A stretch of DNA of 64,000 nt, taken from an uncultured Clostridium sp. Its GTDB lineage: Bacteria; Bacillota; Clostridia; UBA1212; UBA1255. Shown here in pieces: positions 16,567-26,381 of this stretch. The notes beneath the pieces are model-generated. The model saw only the letters and a program-made list of their open reading frames with translations. It was not told the origin of the DNA and searched no databases. The stretch's first letter is position 1; every line of letters starts with the position of its first letter. The stretch lies in the NCBI GenBank assembly GCA_900543695.1, contig UQSG01000001.1:10136-74135 (forward strand), in the 5' to 3' direction. The translations under genes were made by a program, and so were the position numbers.

Positions 16567-18622
16567 TTCTGTTCAATCTCCTTTCAAACCGCTTAAATAC
16601 GGCAGACAATCCAAATACCAGAATCAGATAAATCAGCGCCACGAATAAAAGCGTAAAGAACGCATCCGCCGTCCGGCTCCGAACCAATTCTCCGGCCCGT
16701 GTGAGATCGATCACTCCAAGATATCCGATTACAGAAGTTTCCTTCAGTACCGCGATAAATTCATTGCCAAGAGCCGGCAGGATATTTTTGAATGCCTGCG
16801 GCAGCACGATGCTCTTCATCGTCGTGACCTGTGACAGCCCGAGCGACCGTCCCGCCTCGGTCTGCCCCTTATCTACGGAATTGATCCCCGCGCGTATAAT
16901 CTCAGAAACGTAAGCGCCAGAATTGATGCTGAAAGCAAAAATACCAATTAATACCGCTCTGTCCGAGAAAACGAATATGACGTTGTAAGTAATCAGAAGC
17001 TGCACCACGACCGGCGTGCCGCGGATTACCGTCGTATAAAATTCCGCAATAAAATTCAGAAACCGCAGCACAGGATTCCTCTTTTTTGCAAGGATCGTCT
17101 GATGGTTCCACACCTTAACGATCGCGATCAGCATTCCGATTATGACGCCGAAGCCCGTCGAGGCCACCGCCACGAGCAGCGTATTCCCCAGACCCTCCAG
17201 AAACAGCTTGTACCGATTGTCCCGGATAAAGGTTTTATCGATCATCTCTTTAAAATATGAGACAATTCCCTGAAAAAAGCGAACGAAGGCGTTTCCCTCC
17301 TCCTGAGGAGCTTCCCCGGCAGGCGCAGAAGCACCGGAGGCCGTGAAAATATTTTTCAAACGCATTTTTCCGACGCCGGAAAATGCCGGGGCGTCGCTGT
17401 ACAGGCCCTCCGCCGCGTCATATAAAACGGGCACGATTACGCCGTCGTCCTCATTCTGCCTGAGTTCCTCACATTTCGCAGCCAGGTCTGTTTCCTGTGT
17501 CCAAAGCGCGTCCTGCGCCTTTGCCCATTCCTCATTCCCATTCTGATCGACCAGCAGGATTCCCTGATCCAGCGCCGTTTCCTGCCAAAGCTCCGGCAGC
17601 GCGCCGCTGCGGTACGTTATTACGTTCCAGCCGATTTCTTTCAGCAATTCAAAAAAAGAATTGATCCATTCCCGGTTCCAGGTGTATCCCGAATTCTTTG
17701 GGTTTGCAAAAAAATCGGATACGATCAGGTCCATTCCGTAACGGTATCCCTCCGTACCGAACAGCTGCCCGCTGCGCAGGGCAAACGGCACCGTAATACG
17801 ATCTCCCGAGGTAATAATCTCCGCAGTATAAACGTATGGCTTCTCTGCCGTCCAGACGTTTTTTTCGGTAAAATCCTCGATTTCAATCCCGGAAACGTTC
17901 GCGCTGGCATTCCCTCCCGACAGAATATCAATTCCTTCCAGAAGAAACGAGCCCTTTTCCGCACCGTCCGGATCGTAAACAGCAATCGAAACGTCCGTTT
18001 TCACGTCTTCCTCCCGCGGATTAAACAGGTTGAGCGCAAAGGAAACCGTACCGGCCTCCGGATCCGTCTCAACATCCACCGAAACAATCGCCGGAGCGCT
18101 GCTGAATATCAGCTCAATCCGATCTGCAAGGCAGGCGCCGGATACAGACGCATCCGAAGCGCGTTCAAGCAGTACAATCGTATTTTCCCCCGTATGCAGC
18201 AGCGGCGCGATATTTTCTCCGGCCAGAGCGCCGTTTACATAGACCGCGGCAGCTCCCTGGGATGAGCCGAAATCAAGCAGGACGACTTCCGCAGGAGGAT
18301 TTGCCAGAGAAATCGTTTTCCGGTACCACACGCGCGTTTTCCCCTCCGGAAGCGCCGAATAAGAAGGAAGGAGAACCGTGCCGCCGGAAGCAAGAGATTC
18401 CGGAACCGACTGAGGAATTTCTTCGTCAGACGCGTCATCCGTAAATAACTCCCATTCTCCTGCCAGTGAAACGGTCTCTCTGGTATTTCCCACAATCACG
18501 GAGGACTGGCCTCCGTCTTCTGCAGCGGAAAAGGAGCCGCAGCAAAGGGCGGCAAGACAGAGCGTTAAAATTAAAATTCTGCCCGGTAAGCGGAGCGTAT
18601 TATTTCTTATGTGTTTCATCAA
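16553..18622 (-). CDS. Fusion protein: signal peptide, catalytically truncated GH2-glycosidase-like extracytoplasmic region (~460 aa), then a polar-amino-acid-type ABC permease domain (~220 aa)
   Basis: 689 aa in one open frame. N-terminal [32 protein letters not shown]2 sugar-binding jelly-roll pattern [52 protein letters not shown]2 sandwich-domain motif [14 protein letters not shown]. Start of the GH2 TIM barrel [56 protein letters not shown], but no catalytic acid/base or nucleophile segments follow. Then HisM/GlnP-like permease ..[72 protein letters not shown]. Start overlaps the stop of the upstream GH2 gene (ATGA). Confidence 0.6.
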   Translation of the reverse strand: MMKHIRNNTLRLPGRILILTLCLAALCCGSFSAAEDGGQSSVIVGNTRETVSLAGEWELFTDDASDEEIPQSVPESLASGGTVLLPSYSALPEGKTRVWYRKTISLANPPAEVVLLDFGSSQGAAAVYVNGALAGENIAPLLHTGENTIVLLERASDASVSGACLADRIELIFSSAPAIVSVDVETDPEAGTVSFALNLFNPREEDVKTDVSIAVYDPDGAEKGSFLLEGIDILSGGNASANVSGIEIEDFTEKNVWTAEKPYVYTAEIITSGDRITVPFALRSGQLFGTEGYRYGMDLIVSDFFANPKNSGYTWNREWINSFFELLKEIGWNVITYRSGALPELWQETALDQGILLVDQNGNEEWAKAQDALWTQETDLAAKCEELRQNEDDGVIVPVLYDAAEGLYSDAPAFSGVGKMRLKNIFTASGASAPAGEAPQEEGNAFVRFFQGIVSYFKEMIDKTFIRDNRYKLFLEGLGNTLLVAVASTGFGVIIGMLIAIVKVWNHQTILAKKRNPVLRFLNFIAEFYTTVIRGTPVVVQLLITYNVIFVFSDRAVLIGIFAFSINSGAYVSEIIRAGINSVDKGQTEAGRSLGLSQVTTMKSIVLPQAFKNILPALGNEFIAVLKETSVIGYLGVIDLTRAGELVRSRTADAFFTLLFVALIYLILVFGLSAVFKRFERRLNRSDRN

Positions 18623-20958
18623 AAGCCCTCGAATTCGTCAAAGCCGCATTTCTCCAGCGCTTTCAGGTAAGCGTCGTAGTCGATATCTATAATGTTCGTA
18701 AAATAATGGTTGCGATGCGTGCCGCCATCCTTCTGCCATTCGATCAGGTAAAAGTTCTTCTCCCCGTCTTTCAGCTTCAGCTCTCCGATCCGCGTAGACG
18801 CGTCAGCCGGAAGCAGCGCTTCCCCTTCCAGCACAAGCCTTCCGTCCTCCGTAATGTTTTTCACGGTAAAAGAAACCTCGGCGTCCGCTGTCGTATCGTT
18901 CACGCCGTACAGCGGCAGGAAGCCGTTCTCCGGCTCCCGGAACATCAGGCATACGGGATTCTGAGACCGTTTAATAAAATGGTACGCAAGCTTCTTTGTG
19001 AAATAATAGTCTACAATCGCATCCGAAATCTGCGGCCAGCCGTCCAAAAGGTTCCACCAGATAATGCCGGTCCGCCTCCATTTGGACGCCCGGAAGCGTT
19101 CAATGAAGAATTTCTTTGCCTCCGCCTGCGAAATCTGACTTTGTTTTGCAAAGTTTTCCAGATCCTGCGCCTCCGTTTTGCCGAACAGCGTCTTCACCTG
19201 ATTTGCCATCAGCCGGATCCTGTAAGAATATGCCACGTCCGGAAGCAGCTCCATGCAGGCCGCATGCACCTGCCATTCGTCCCTGGAAAGGCCGTTTTCT
19301 TTAAAGCAAGGCCAAAGCTCTTCCTTGGAAAGGAATTTTTTCAGAGATTCCGGAGACGGACAGCCATGATACCCCGTTTCACTTGCAAAATGGCAGACCG
19401 TCGTATTATAGTAAGGCCCCTTGAAATAATCGCGCGGGCCCCACAGATGATCCTCGGACGTCGGTTTTCCGCCGACATAAGATTCTTCGGTAATATAGGG
19501 AGAGCTCGGGAGGTATGGGCGGGTAAAGTCATACGCCTCGCAGGCTCTTGCCAGCACTTCGCGCGTTACGATATTTTTATCGGGATTTCTGCGGATGCCG
19601 CCCCAGTCCTGATACGCGTAGTCGCCCTCGTTGTCTCCGGCCCACAGCACAAGGGACGCATGGTTGCGCAAGCGCTTGATAATATGCTTCGCTTCGGTCT
19701 CCAGCATTTCGAAAAACCTGCGTTCCTGCGGATATACGGCGCAGCCCATGGCAAAATCCTGCCACACCATGATCCCGTGCCGGTCACAGAAATCAAAGAA
19801 GAAATCATCCTCATAAACATTGCCGCCCCAGCAGCGCGTGATATTGCAGCCCAGGTCGTCCAGCAGCTCAAGCGCTTTCGGAAGCCTGTTAATATCATTG
19901 GAATGAAACGCGTCTACCGGAACCCAGTTCGATCCCATGGCAAATACTTTCTTGCCGTTGATCTTAAAGCAGAACTCGCCGTGCCCTTCCTCGTCCGTGA
20001 CGTTTGTCCGATCGAGCTCTACGGTCCGTACGCCGAAATTCACCGTATAGGTATCGCACAGCTCGTCTTTATAATATAAGTTCACTTTCGTCTCATAAAG
20101 ATTTGGTTCTCCTGCGTTTTTCGGCCACCAATATTTGCAGTTCTGGATCCAGAAGCGGAAATGGCCCTCTGTGTGCCAAAGCCTCTTTTTGAAGTAAAAC
20201 CGGCTGTCTCCGCAGATTCCCTCCACTTCCAGGGAATACTCTTTCAAGAGGTCTCTTGAGACGTCCACGTGGAAAAAAATGGATGCGGCGGCAGAACGTC
20301 CCGCAGGATCGATACCGGTCGTGTACAGAAACGCATCGTCGATGCGGTCGGCCTTCCTGCGCAGAATGGAAACAGGCTTCCAGATCCCGCATGATACGAT
20401 CCGGGGCATGATATCCCATCCGAACATATGCGGCGCCTTGCGGAGATAAAGCGAATCATACGCATACTCCTGCGCATTGCTCGACGGCGGCAGGCGGAAC
20501 TCCCGTGCCGCAATGGAAGCCGGCCAGATATGGACCACCAGCTCGTTTCTGCCGTTCTTCAAATCGGGAAGCCCGATTTCGTAAGAAAGATACATGTTGT
20601 CGGTGTGGCGCACCAAAGCGCCGTTCACGTAGATGTCCGCAATGGTGTCGATTCCTTCAAATTTTATGTACTCCGTGCCGTCCGGATCACTGAGCTCAAA
20701 TTCGTTGTAATACCATACATGCCGATTTTCAAGGTCCTGCATCGCCAGGGGATTAAGGCCGAAAAACGGATCCCCGATGACATTGGCATGATAAAGGTCA
20801 AGCTCAAAATTTCCGGGAACGCTCGCAGGAATCTCAGGCAGCTTTTTTTCTTTCAGCGAAGCAATGTCCCGAATCTGATCCGCATATTCCCGGCAGATAT
20901 AATTTTCCTCGTAAGCGATCCGCCAGCCGCTTCCGAGCTTCAAAATGGTTTTGTCCAT
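18619..20958 (-). CDS. GH2 beta-mannosidase (cytoplasmic)
   Basis: 779 aa with no signal peptide. GH2 sugar-binding domain (..IKFEGIDTIADIYVNGALVRHTDN..). TIM barrel with acid/base segment LVLWAGDNEGD and nucleophile region FASETGYHG. Beta-mannosidase-type C-terminus. RBS AAGGAG-N8-ATG. Confidence 0.8.
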   Translation of the reverse strand: MDKTILKLGSGWRIAYEENYICREYADQIRDIASLKEKKLPEIPASVPGNFELDLYHANVIGDPFFGLNPLAMQDLENRHVWYYNEFELSDPDGTEYIKFEGIDTIADIYVNGALVRHTDNMYLSYEIGLPDLKNGRNELVVHIWPASIAAREFRLPPSSNAQEYAYDSLYLRKAPHMFGWDIMPRIVSCGIWKPVSILRRKADRIDDAFLYTTGIDPAGRSAAASIFFHVDVSRDLLKEYSLEVEGICGDSRFYFKKRLWHTEGHFRFWIQNCKYWWPKNAGEPNLYETKVNLYYKDELCDTYTVNFGVRTVELDRTNVTDEEGHGEFCFKINGKKVFAMGSNWVPVDAFHSNDINRLPKALELLDDLGCNITRCWGGNVYEDDFFFDFCDRHGIMVWQDFAMGCAVYPQERRFFEMLETEAKHIIKRLRNHASLVLWAGDNEGDYAYQDWGGIRRNPDKNIVTREVLARACEAYDFTRPYLPSSPYITEESYVGGKPTSEDHLWGPRDYFKGPYYNTTVCHFASETGYHGCPSPESLKKFLSKEELWPCFKENGLSRDEWQVHAACMELLPDVAYSYRIRLMANQVKTLFGKTEAQDLENFAKQSQISQAEAKKFFIERFRASKWRRTGIIWWNLLDGWPQISDAIVDYYFTKKLAYHFIKRSQNPVCLMFREPENGFLPLYGVNDTTADAEVSFTVKNITEDGRLVLEGEALLPADASTRIGELKLKDGEKNFYLIEWQKDGGTHRNHYFTNIIDIDYDAYLKALEKCGFDEFEGF

Positions 20959-21016
20959 AAATACACTCCTTAATTTTCATCATAATTCAAATACATACTG
21001 TGAAATTATATATGAA

Positions 21017-21718
21017 TCACTTTTTAAATACAATATCCTTTTCCGGTATAAAAAGCGGGATTCCCAGATTATCCAAAAAATCGCACATTTGCTTTACGCG
21101 CTCCTTCCGGTATTCGCCGCGTCTGTGGCTGTCAAATCCTACGCTGAGGCAAACGCCTGCGTTTTTCACAAGCTTCTGCTGCTCCCTGCTGTTCAGAAAG
21201 GTCTGAACGTACGGATGCTCCCTGTAGCCGTGAACAGAATCGTAGTTGACGTTCATCTCCCAGAAAATTCCGTTTTCCGCCAGCCCGGCAAAATATGCTT
21301 CCGGATCTGATCCCTTGCGTTCCAGATAAGAAAACAGATCCGTATGTGCGATCCCCGTAGGACAGCCGCAGCGCTTGGAAAACGATATAATATTTTCCCC
21401 GCCGACACAGCTGTCCGGCCGGTCGATATGTTCTACAAGGCAATAGTCGAAATAGGAAATATCCTCTTCCGGCGCAAGGCAAAGACCGTTTACCGTGGCG
21501 ATTTCAATTCCTCTGAAAAGGCGGATTTTTCCGCTGTATTTCTGCTGAAGCTCTGTCAGGAGGCTGAAGTAGCGGCGTTTTTTATCGCCGATTCCATAAT
21601 TGTGATCCGATATGCCGAACACGTCGATTCCGGATTCAATGGCTTTCAAAATCAAAAGCTCCGGATCATCTGCGCCGCAGGCAGAAAAATACGTATGTGA
21701 ATGCAGATCCTGTGTCAT
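21017..21718 (-). CDS. PHP-family metal-dependent phosphoesterase (histidinol-phosphatase-like)
   Basis: 233 aa. N-terminal DLHSHTYFSACG motif and GISDHN, typical of PHP domain. RBS GGGAGAAAG. Lies between ftsY and the beta-mannosidase gene in the same orientation. Confidence 0.7.
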   Translation of the reverse strand: MTQDLHSHTYFSACGADDPELLILKAIESGIDVFGISDHNYGIGDKKRRYFSLLTELQQKYSGKIRLFRGIEIATVNGLCLAPEEDISYFDYCLVEHIDRPDSCVGGENIISFSKRCGCPTGIAHTDLFSYLERKGSDPEAYFAGLAENGIFWEMNVNYDSVHGYREHPYVQTFLNSREQQKLVKNAGVCLSVGFDSHRRGEYRKERVKQMCDFLDNLGIPLFIPEKDIVFKK

Positions 21719-21732
21719 AGGCTTTCTCCCGC

Positions 21733-22641
21733 TTATTCAAACAGCGCTCTTACATAGTCCTCCGGCGAAAAGGGCTGCATATCCCCGATGCCTTCTCCTA
21801 CGCCGACCAGGCGGACCGGAATGCTCAGCTCGTTGCAAATGGAGACGATAATGCCGCCTTTAGAGGAACCGTCCAGCTTTGTAAGAACGATTCCGGTCAG
21901 CTCCGCCACCTCGGAAAATGCCTTAGCCTGATTTACCGCGTTCTGTCCCGTCGTGGCGTCCAGCACGAGAAATGTTTCACGCCGAACGTCCGGCAGCTCT
22001 CTGGCCACGACACGCGCCATCTTCGCAAGCTCATCCATAAGATTTTTCTTGTTATGGAGCCGTCCCGCCGTATCGCAGATCAAAACGTCGGCTTCTCTGG
22101 CCTTCGCGGCTCTGCAGGCGTCAAACAGCACTGCCGCGGGATCCGCGCCCTCTGCCTGCCGGATCAGCTCCGCCCCGGAGCGTTCTGCCCAGACGGCAAG
22201 CTGATCGCCCGCCGCCGCACGAAACGTATCGCCGGCCGCAAGAAGCACCTTTTTCCCCGCGTTCCTGTACAGATGGGCAATTTTACCGATGGACGTCGTT
22301 TTCCCGACGCCATTTACGCCGATCACCGTAATAACTGCAGGCACGTCGTCCAAATCAAGGCCGCGCGCTCCGATATCGAGCAGCCCTGCAATAATCTCCT
22401 GCAGCTCGGAACGGATCTGCGAGGCCTCCGTCAGCTTCTTCGTCTTTACGGATTCCCGCAGCTTTTTCAGGATTTCCTCCGTCGTCTGCACGCCGAAGTC
22501 GGACGAGATCAGCACATCCTCCAATTCCTCAAAAAGCGCTTCATCAATTTTGCCAAACCCCGCGAGAATCGTATCAACCGTTCCCAGAAAGCTCTCCTTT
22601 GTTTTCTTCAGCCCGCTTTTCAGCTTATCGAAAAATCCCAT
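21733..22641 (-). CDS. ftsY: Signal recognition particle receptor FtsY (short NG-domain form)
   Basis: N domain plus SRP GTPase G domain: GVNGVGKTTSIGKIA, DTAGR, TKLDG..KGG. Start set at MGFFDKL (RBS AAAGGAG-N9-ATG). The ORF could begin 9 nt earlier, at 22650. Follows smc as in many Firmicutes. Confidence 0.85.
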   Translation of the reverse strand: MGFFDKLKSGLKKTKESFLGTVDTILAGFGKIDEALFEELEDVLISSDFGVQTTEEILKKLRESVKTKKLTEASQIRSELQEIIAGLLDIGARGLDLDDVPAVITVIGVNGVGKTTSIGKIAHLYRNAGKKVLLAAGDTFRAAAGDQLAVWAERSGAELIRQAEGADPAAVLFDACRAAKAREADVLICDTAGRLHNKKNLMDELAKMARVVARELPDVRRETFLVLDATTGQNAVNQAKAFSEVAELTGIVLTKLDGSSKGGIIVSICNELSIPVRLVGVGEGIGDMQPFSPEDYVRALFE

Positions 22642-22668
22642 GGCCGGCATCTCCTTTCCCTGTTCTCC

Positions 22669-25600
22669 TTATGAATCCATTTTCAGCGATATTACTTTCG
22701 AAATTCCCTTTTCCTCCATCGTTACGCCGTAAAGGGAGCCGGCGTTTTCCATCGTGCCTTTCCGATGGGTAATCAGAATAAACTGCGTGCCTCCGTCGAT
22801 TTGACGCAAATAATCCGAAAGCCTGTATACGTTGGCATCATCTAACGCCGCTTCGATTTCGTCCAAAAGGCAGAACGGAGAGGGATGCATTTTCAAAATT
22901 CCAAACAGCAGTGCGATTGCGGTCAGCGCGCGCTCTCCGCCGGAAAGCAGCAGCATATTCTGGAGCTTTTTCCCGGGAGGCTGCGCCTGGATTTCGATGC
23001 CGCATTCCAGGATATCCTGCGTTTCATCCAGAACAATATCTGCCTTCCCGCCGCCGAACAGCTGCCGAAAAACCTCCTTGAAATTATCACGGATCAGGCG
23101 GAATTGCTCCGAGAACTGGCGGCGCATCACAGCGTTCAGATCTGATATCACTTTTTGGAGCTTTGCTTTTGCTTCGCTGAGGTCTCCCATCTGGGCGGAA
23201 AGAAACGTATGGCGCTCTTTTGTGCTTTCGTATTCCTCCACGGCATTGACGTTTACCGCGCCGAGCGCCTTTATGCTGGCTTTCAGCTCTTTAATGCGGC
23301 GGGAGGCTTCCGTATAATTTTCCGTACGTTTTCCTCCCGTCAGCTCCTTTGCCGAGGAATACGCCAGCTCGTATTCTTCCCACAATCTGTTTTTATTTGC
23401 GTTGATCTCGCTTTCTTCCCGTACCTTTTTGATTTCCGCCTGATTCAGACGCTCCGTGCAGCGCGCAATCTGCTCGCTGGTTTCCGTAATTCTGCCGAGC
23501 ATTCCGCCAAGCTCCGCGTCAATTTCCCGTTTCATTTCTTCGTAATTTCTCTGCGTTTCGGCTTCCGCCTGCCGTTCATCGGAAATGCCGGCGATGGAAA
23601 TTTCATTCTCTGTATTGCTGTTTTCAAGCTGGCGGACCGCTGCTTCGCAGTCCCGGATCTGTAGGCTGCAATATTCGATTTGTTCCTTCCCCTCAGAGAG
23701 GGAACGCTCGTATCGTTTTCGATCCTCCTCTGCCTTTTGGAGTCGGGCGCGGAGATCGGCTTCCTTGACTCTCCGCTCCATCAAATTCTGGTTTTTTGCT
23801 TCCAGGAGCCGTTCTGCTTCTTCTCTGCGAAGGTCCGCCAGACGCAGCCGTTCCTCCGCCCTGGACTGCTCCCCCGCGAGCCGCTCCTGTGCTTCTTCCG
23901 CCGATTCAATTGCGCGCCGCGCATCCAGCATATTGCTGATCTGGAGCTTCAGCTCCGCTACAAGCCGTTGCCGGCGCGCCGTTTCGCCGGCCTGTCGGTC
24001 CCGCATTGCCGTGCATTTTGCCGTCCACTGAGAAAGCGAAACCTCCAGGGCACGCATTTCCTTCATGAGCGCATCGCGTTCTTTTTCGATTCCCTGCGCA
24101 GACGTCTGATAGGAATCGAGCGTTTTGCGGATTTGTATGAGCAAAGCGCTATTATCCGCCACGGCTTTCTCCAGCTCGGGTATTTCTCTCGTTCTGGAAA
24201 GCGTTCCGGCGGAGGCGCGTCCTTTTTCTGTGCTGCCGCCTGTAATCGCTCCCGAGGTCCGCAGGATATCTCCGTCCAGCGTAACGCACATGACGGCGTA
24301 GCGTGTTCTGCCCGCAAAGAGCAGCGCATGATCCAGCCGGTCGAATACGGCGGTGCGTCCAAGCAGGCTTTCGACCGCTTTTTTATATTTTCCCTCAAAT
24401 TGCACAAGCCCGGAGGCCGTGCCCAGGAAGCCTTCCGCCCGTTCCAGCATACGAACCGTTTCCGGATCGAGCGGCCGGCCGTTTACCGCAGTCAGCGGCA
24501 GAAACGTCGCTCTGCCGTATCTCCCCTTTTTCAGATATTCGATCGCCTTTTTGGCGTCCTCCTCCGTCTCGGTTACAATATTTTGGTATGCCTGACCAAG
24601 CGCCGTTTCAATTGCGGTTTCATATTCTGCCGGGACGCGCAGAATCTGCGCTACGGCGCCGCAAATGCCCCGTCCAAAGTCCGGATTCGATTTGCACAGT
24701 GACAAAACCTTCTTAACGCTGTAGGCGTATCCCTCGTAATCTGCCTCCATTTCCCGGATCGCTTTAAGGCGCGCCGTATCTCCCTGAAGACGCGCCGACA
24801 GGACAGCGGCACGCTCCGATTCTTTTTTTTCTCCGCTTTTTGCCGTCTCCAGCGCTTCTGTTTTATTTTTATAAAGCTGTTTGGCGTCCTCAAGGGACTC
24901 CTCTGTTTTCTGCCGGTTTTCCTCCGCCGCTTCGATTTCCTCCGCCGCAATGGCAGTGCTGGAATCCAGAACGGCCAATTCTTCATCAATGGCGTTTTTT
25001 CTGTCGGTAATCATTTCGATTTGCTTCTGATACGATTCGGCGGCGCTGCGCGCGTTTCCCTGCTGCAGCTTGATTTCCAGAATCGCCTCTGATGCAGCGG
25101 AAACCTCTTTTCGGATTTCTTCGGAGGCCTTGAAATCGGCGCGATATTCCTCCTGCAGCGCTTCCGTCTCTGCAAGCTCTGCCTCCAGCGTTTTCTGCGC
25201 CTCCGAACGTTCCCGCTCCGTTTCCTCGATGCGAAGCTCATACGCTCCGTTCTTCTGCTTCTGCTGCTCCTGCTCTGCGGCCAGTCTGTTTTTATTCTCC
25301 TCGGCGCTTTTAATCTTTTCCCGATTGATTTCGATTTCGCTTTTCAGACGCTCGATCTTTTTTTCCAGCGCATACGATTTTTCTTTGCTGGCGTTGATCA
25401 GGCCGGAAAGCAGTCCTGCTTTTTCCGTTTTTTCCGAATTTTCGCGCCGGATGCGTTCCAATGATTTTTCGGCTTCGGTTCTGTCCTGCGTTAAAATTTC
25501 AATGTCATTGATGATTTTTTTCAGGCGCTCTTCCGCAAAATCAATTCCGTCCACGAGCACGCCGACCTCAATGCCGCGCAGCTCATATTTATAATCCAGA

Positions 25601-26244
25601 TATTTTTTCGCCGTTTCAGCCTGCTTTTCCAAGGGCTTCAGCTGCTGCGCAAGCTCGGAAACGATATCTCCTACGCGCAGGAGATTCTGCTCCGTCAGGT
25701 TCAGCTTTCGTTCACTTTCCTGCTTTCGCATTCTGTACTTCATAATGCCGGAGGCATCTTCAAAAATATTTCTCCGGTCCTCCGATTTACTGTTCAGGAT
25801 TTCGTCTACCCTGCCCTGACCAATTAAAGAATAGCCGTCCTTTCCAATTCCCGTGTCGGCAAATAAGAGATGAATGTCCTTCATCCTGCACTGCGCATTG
25901 TTGATCAGATATTCGCTGTCGCCGGAACGATAAAGCCGGCGTGTAATTTTGACCTCGCTGAAATCGATATTCAGAAAACGGTCTTCGTTATCCATGACCA
26001 GAGAGACTTCCGCCATCCCCACGGGCCTCCTGTTTTCCGTACCGGAAAAGATCACATCCTCCATGCGGCTGCCTCTGAGCGTCTTAGGGCTTTGTTCTCC
26101 GAGCACCCATTTCACAGCGTCAGAAATGTTGCTCTTACCGCTTCCGTTCGGGCCGACGACTGCCGTGATTCCCTTATTGAAATCCAGTACGGTTTTATCC
26201 ACAAAGGACTTAAAGCCCTGCATCTCTAATCTTTTTAAATACAA
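22669..26244 (-). CDS. smc: Chromosome segregation protein SMC
   Basis: N-terminal Walker A GPNGSGKSNI after LYLKRLEMQGFKSF. Long coiled coils. Hinge. C-terminal signature LSGGERALTAIALLF and Walker B LDEIEAALD. Likely TTG start (MYLKRLE) 8 nt after RBS GGAGAGA, so the longer ORF to 26277 is probably 5-prime over-extension. Confidence 0.9.
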   Translation of the reverse strand: MYLKRLEMQGFKSFVDKTVLDFNKGITAVVGPNGSGKSNISDAVKWVLGEQSPKTLRGSRMEDVIFSGTENRRPVGMAEVSLVMDNEDRFLNIDFSEVKITRRLYRSGDSEYLINNAQCRMKDIHLLFADTGIGKDGYSLIGQGRVDEILNSKSEDRRNIFEDASGIMKYRMRKQESERKLNLTEQNLLRVGDIVSELAQQLKPLEKQAETAKKYLDYKYELRGIEVGVLVDGIDFAEERLKKIINDIEILTQDRTEAEKSLERIRRENSEKTEKAGLLSGLINASKEKSYALEKKIERLKSEIEINREKIKSAEENKNRLAAEQEQQKQKNGAYELRIEETERERSEAQKTLEAELAETEALQEEYRADFKASEEIRKEVSAASEAILEIKLQQGNARSAAESYQKQIEMITDRKNAIDEELAVLDSSTAIAAEEIEAAEENRQKTEESLEDAKQLYKNKTEALETAKSGEKKESERAAVLSARLQGDTARLKAIREMEADYEGYAYSVKKVLSLCKSNPDFGRGICGAVAQILRVPAEYETAIETALGQAYQNIVTETEEDAKKAIEYLKKGRYGRATFLPLTAVNGRPLDPETVRMLERAEGFLGTASGLVQFEGKYKKAVESLLGRTAVFDRLDHALLFAGRTRYAVMCVTLDGDILRTSGAITGGSTEKGRASAGTLSRTREIPELEKAVADNSALLIQIRKTLDSYQTSAQGIEKERDALMKEMRALEVSLSQWTAKCTAMRDRQAGETARRQRLVAELKLQISNMLDARRAIESAEEAQERLAGEQSRAEERLRLADLRREEAERLLEAKNQNLMERRVKEADLRARLQKAEEDRKRYERSLSEGKEQIEYCSLQIRDCEAAVRQLENSNTENEISIAGISDERQAEAETQRNYEEMKREIDAELGGMLGRITETSEQIARCTERLNQAEIKKVREESEINANKNRLWEEYELAYSSAKELTGGKRTENYTEASRRIKELKASIKALGAVNVNAVEEYESTKERHTFLSAQMGDLSEAKAKLQKVISDLNAVMRRQFSEQFRLIRDNFKEVFRQLFGGGKADIVLDETQDILECGIEIQAQPPGKKLQNMLLLSGGERALTAIALLFGILKMHPSPFCLLDEIEAALDDANVYRLSDYLRQIDGGTQFILITHRKGTMENAGSLYGVTMEEKGISKVISLKMDS

Positions 26245-26381
26245 ATTTCTCTCCTCGGCTCCCGGAAAATATTTCAATCAAAGCGGATTTTACAATATTT
26301 TTAAAGAGCTTGTCAACCTTGCGCATCATTATTTATTCCGGTAAAATAGGAAGGAAGCTTGAGAGATTCGGAGGATTCGAT

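Noticed and set aside
16553-18622. Interpreting the N-terminal 460 aa of the permease fusion as a conventional type-II amino-acid-binding domain
   Set aside because: The region lacks the two-lobed alpha/beta binding-protein pattern. Instead it shows the GH2 order: sugar-binding jelly-roll, then Ig-like sandwich with the P-LY motif, then the beginning of a TIM barrel. The GH2-derived interpretation was therefore preferred, pending HMM confirmation.
22669-26277. Possible repeat array or mobile element in the long coiled-coil region of smc (many short plus-strand ORFs with repetitive translations)
   Set aside because: The repetition is the heptad/charged-residue periodicity of the SMC coiled coil seen in antisense frames, not DNA direct repeats. 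No spacer/repeat regularity, so no CRISPR or IS.
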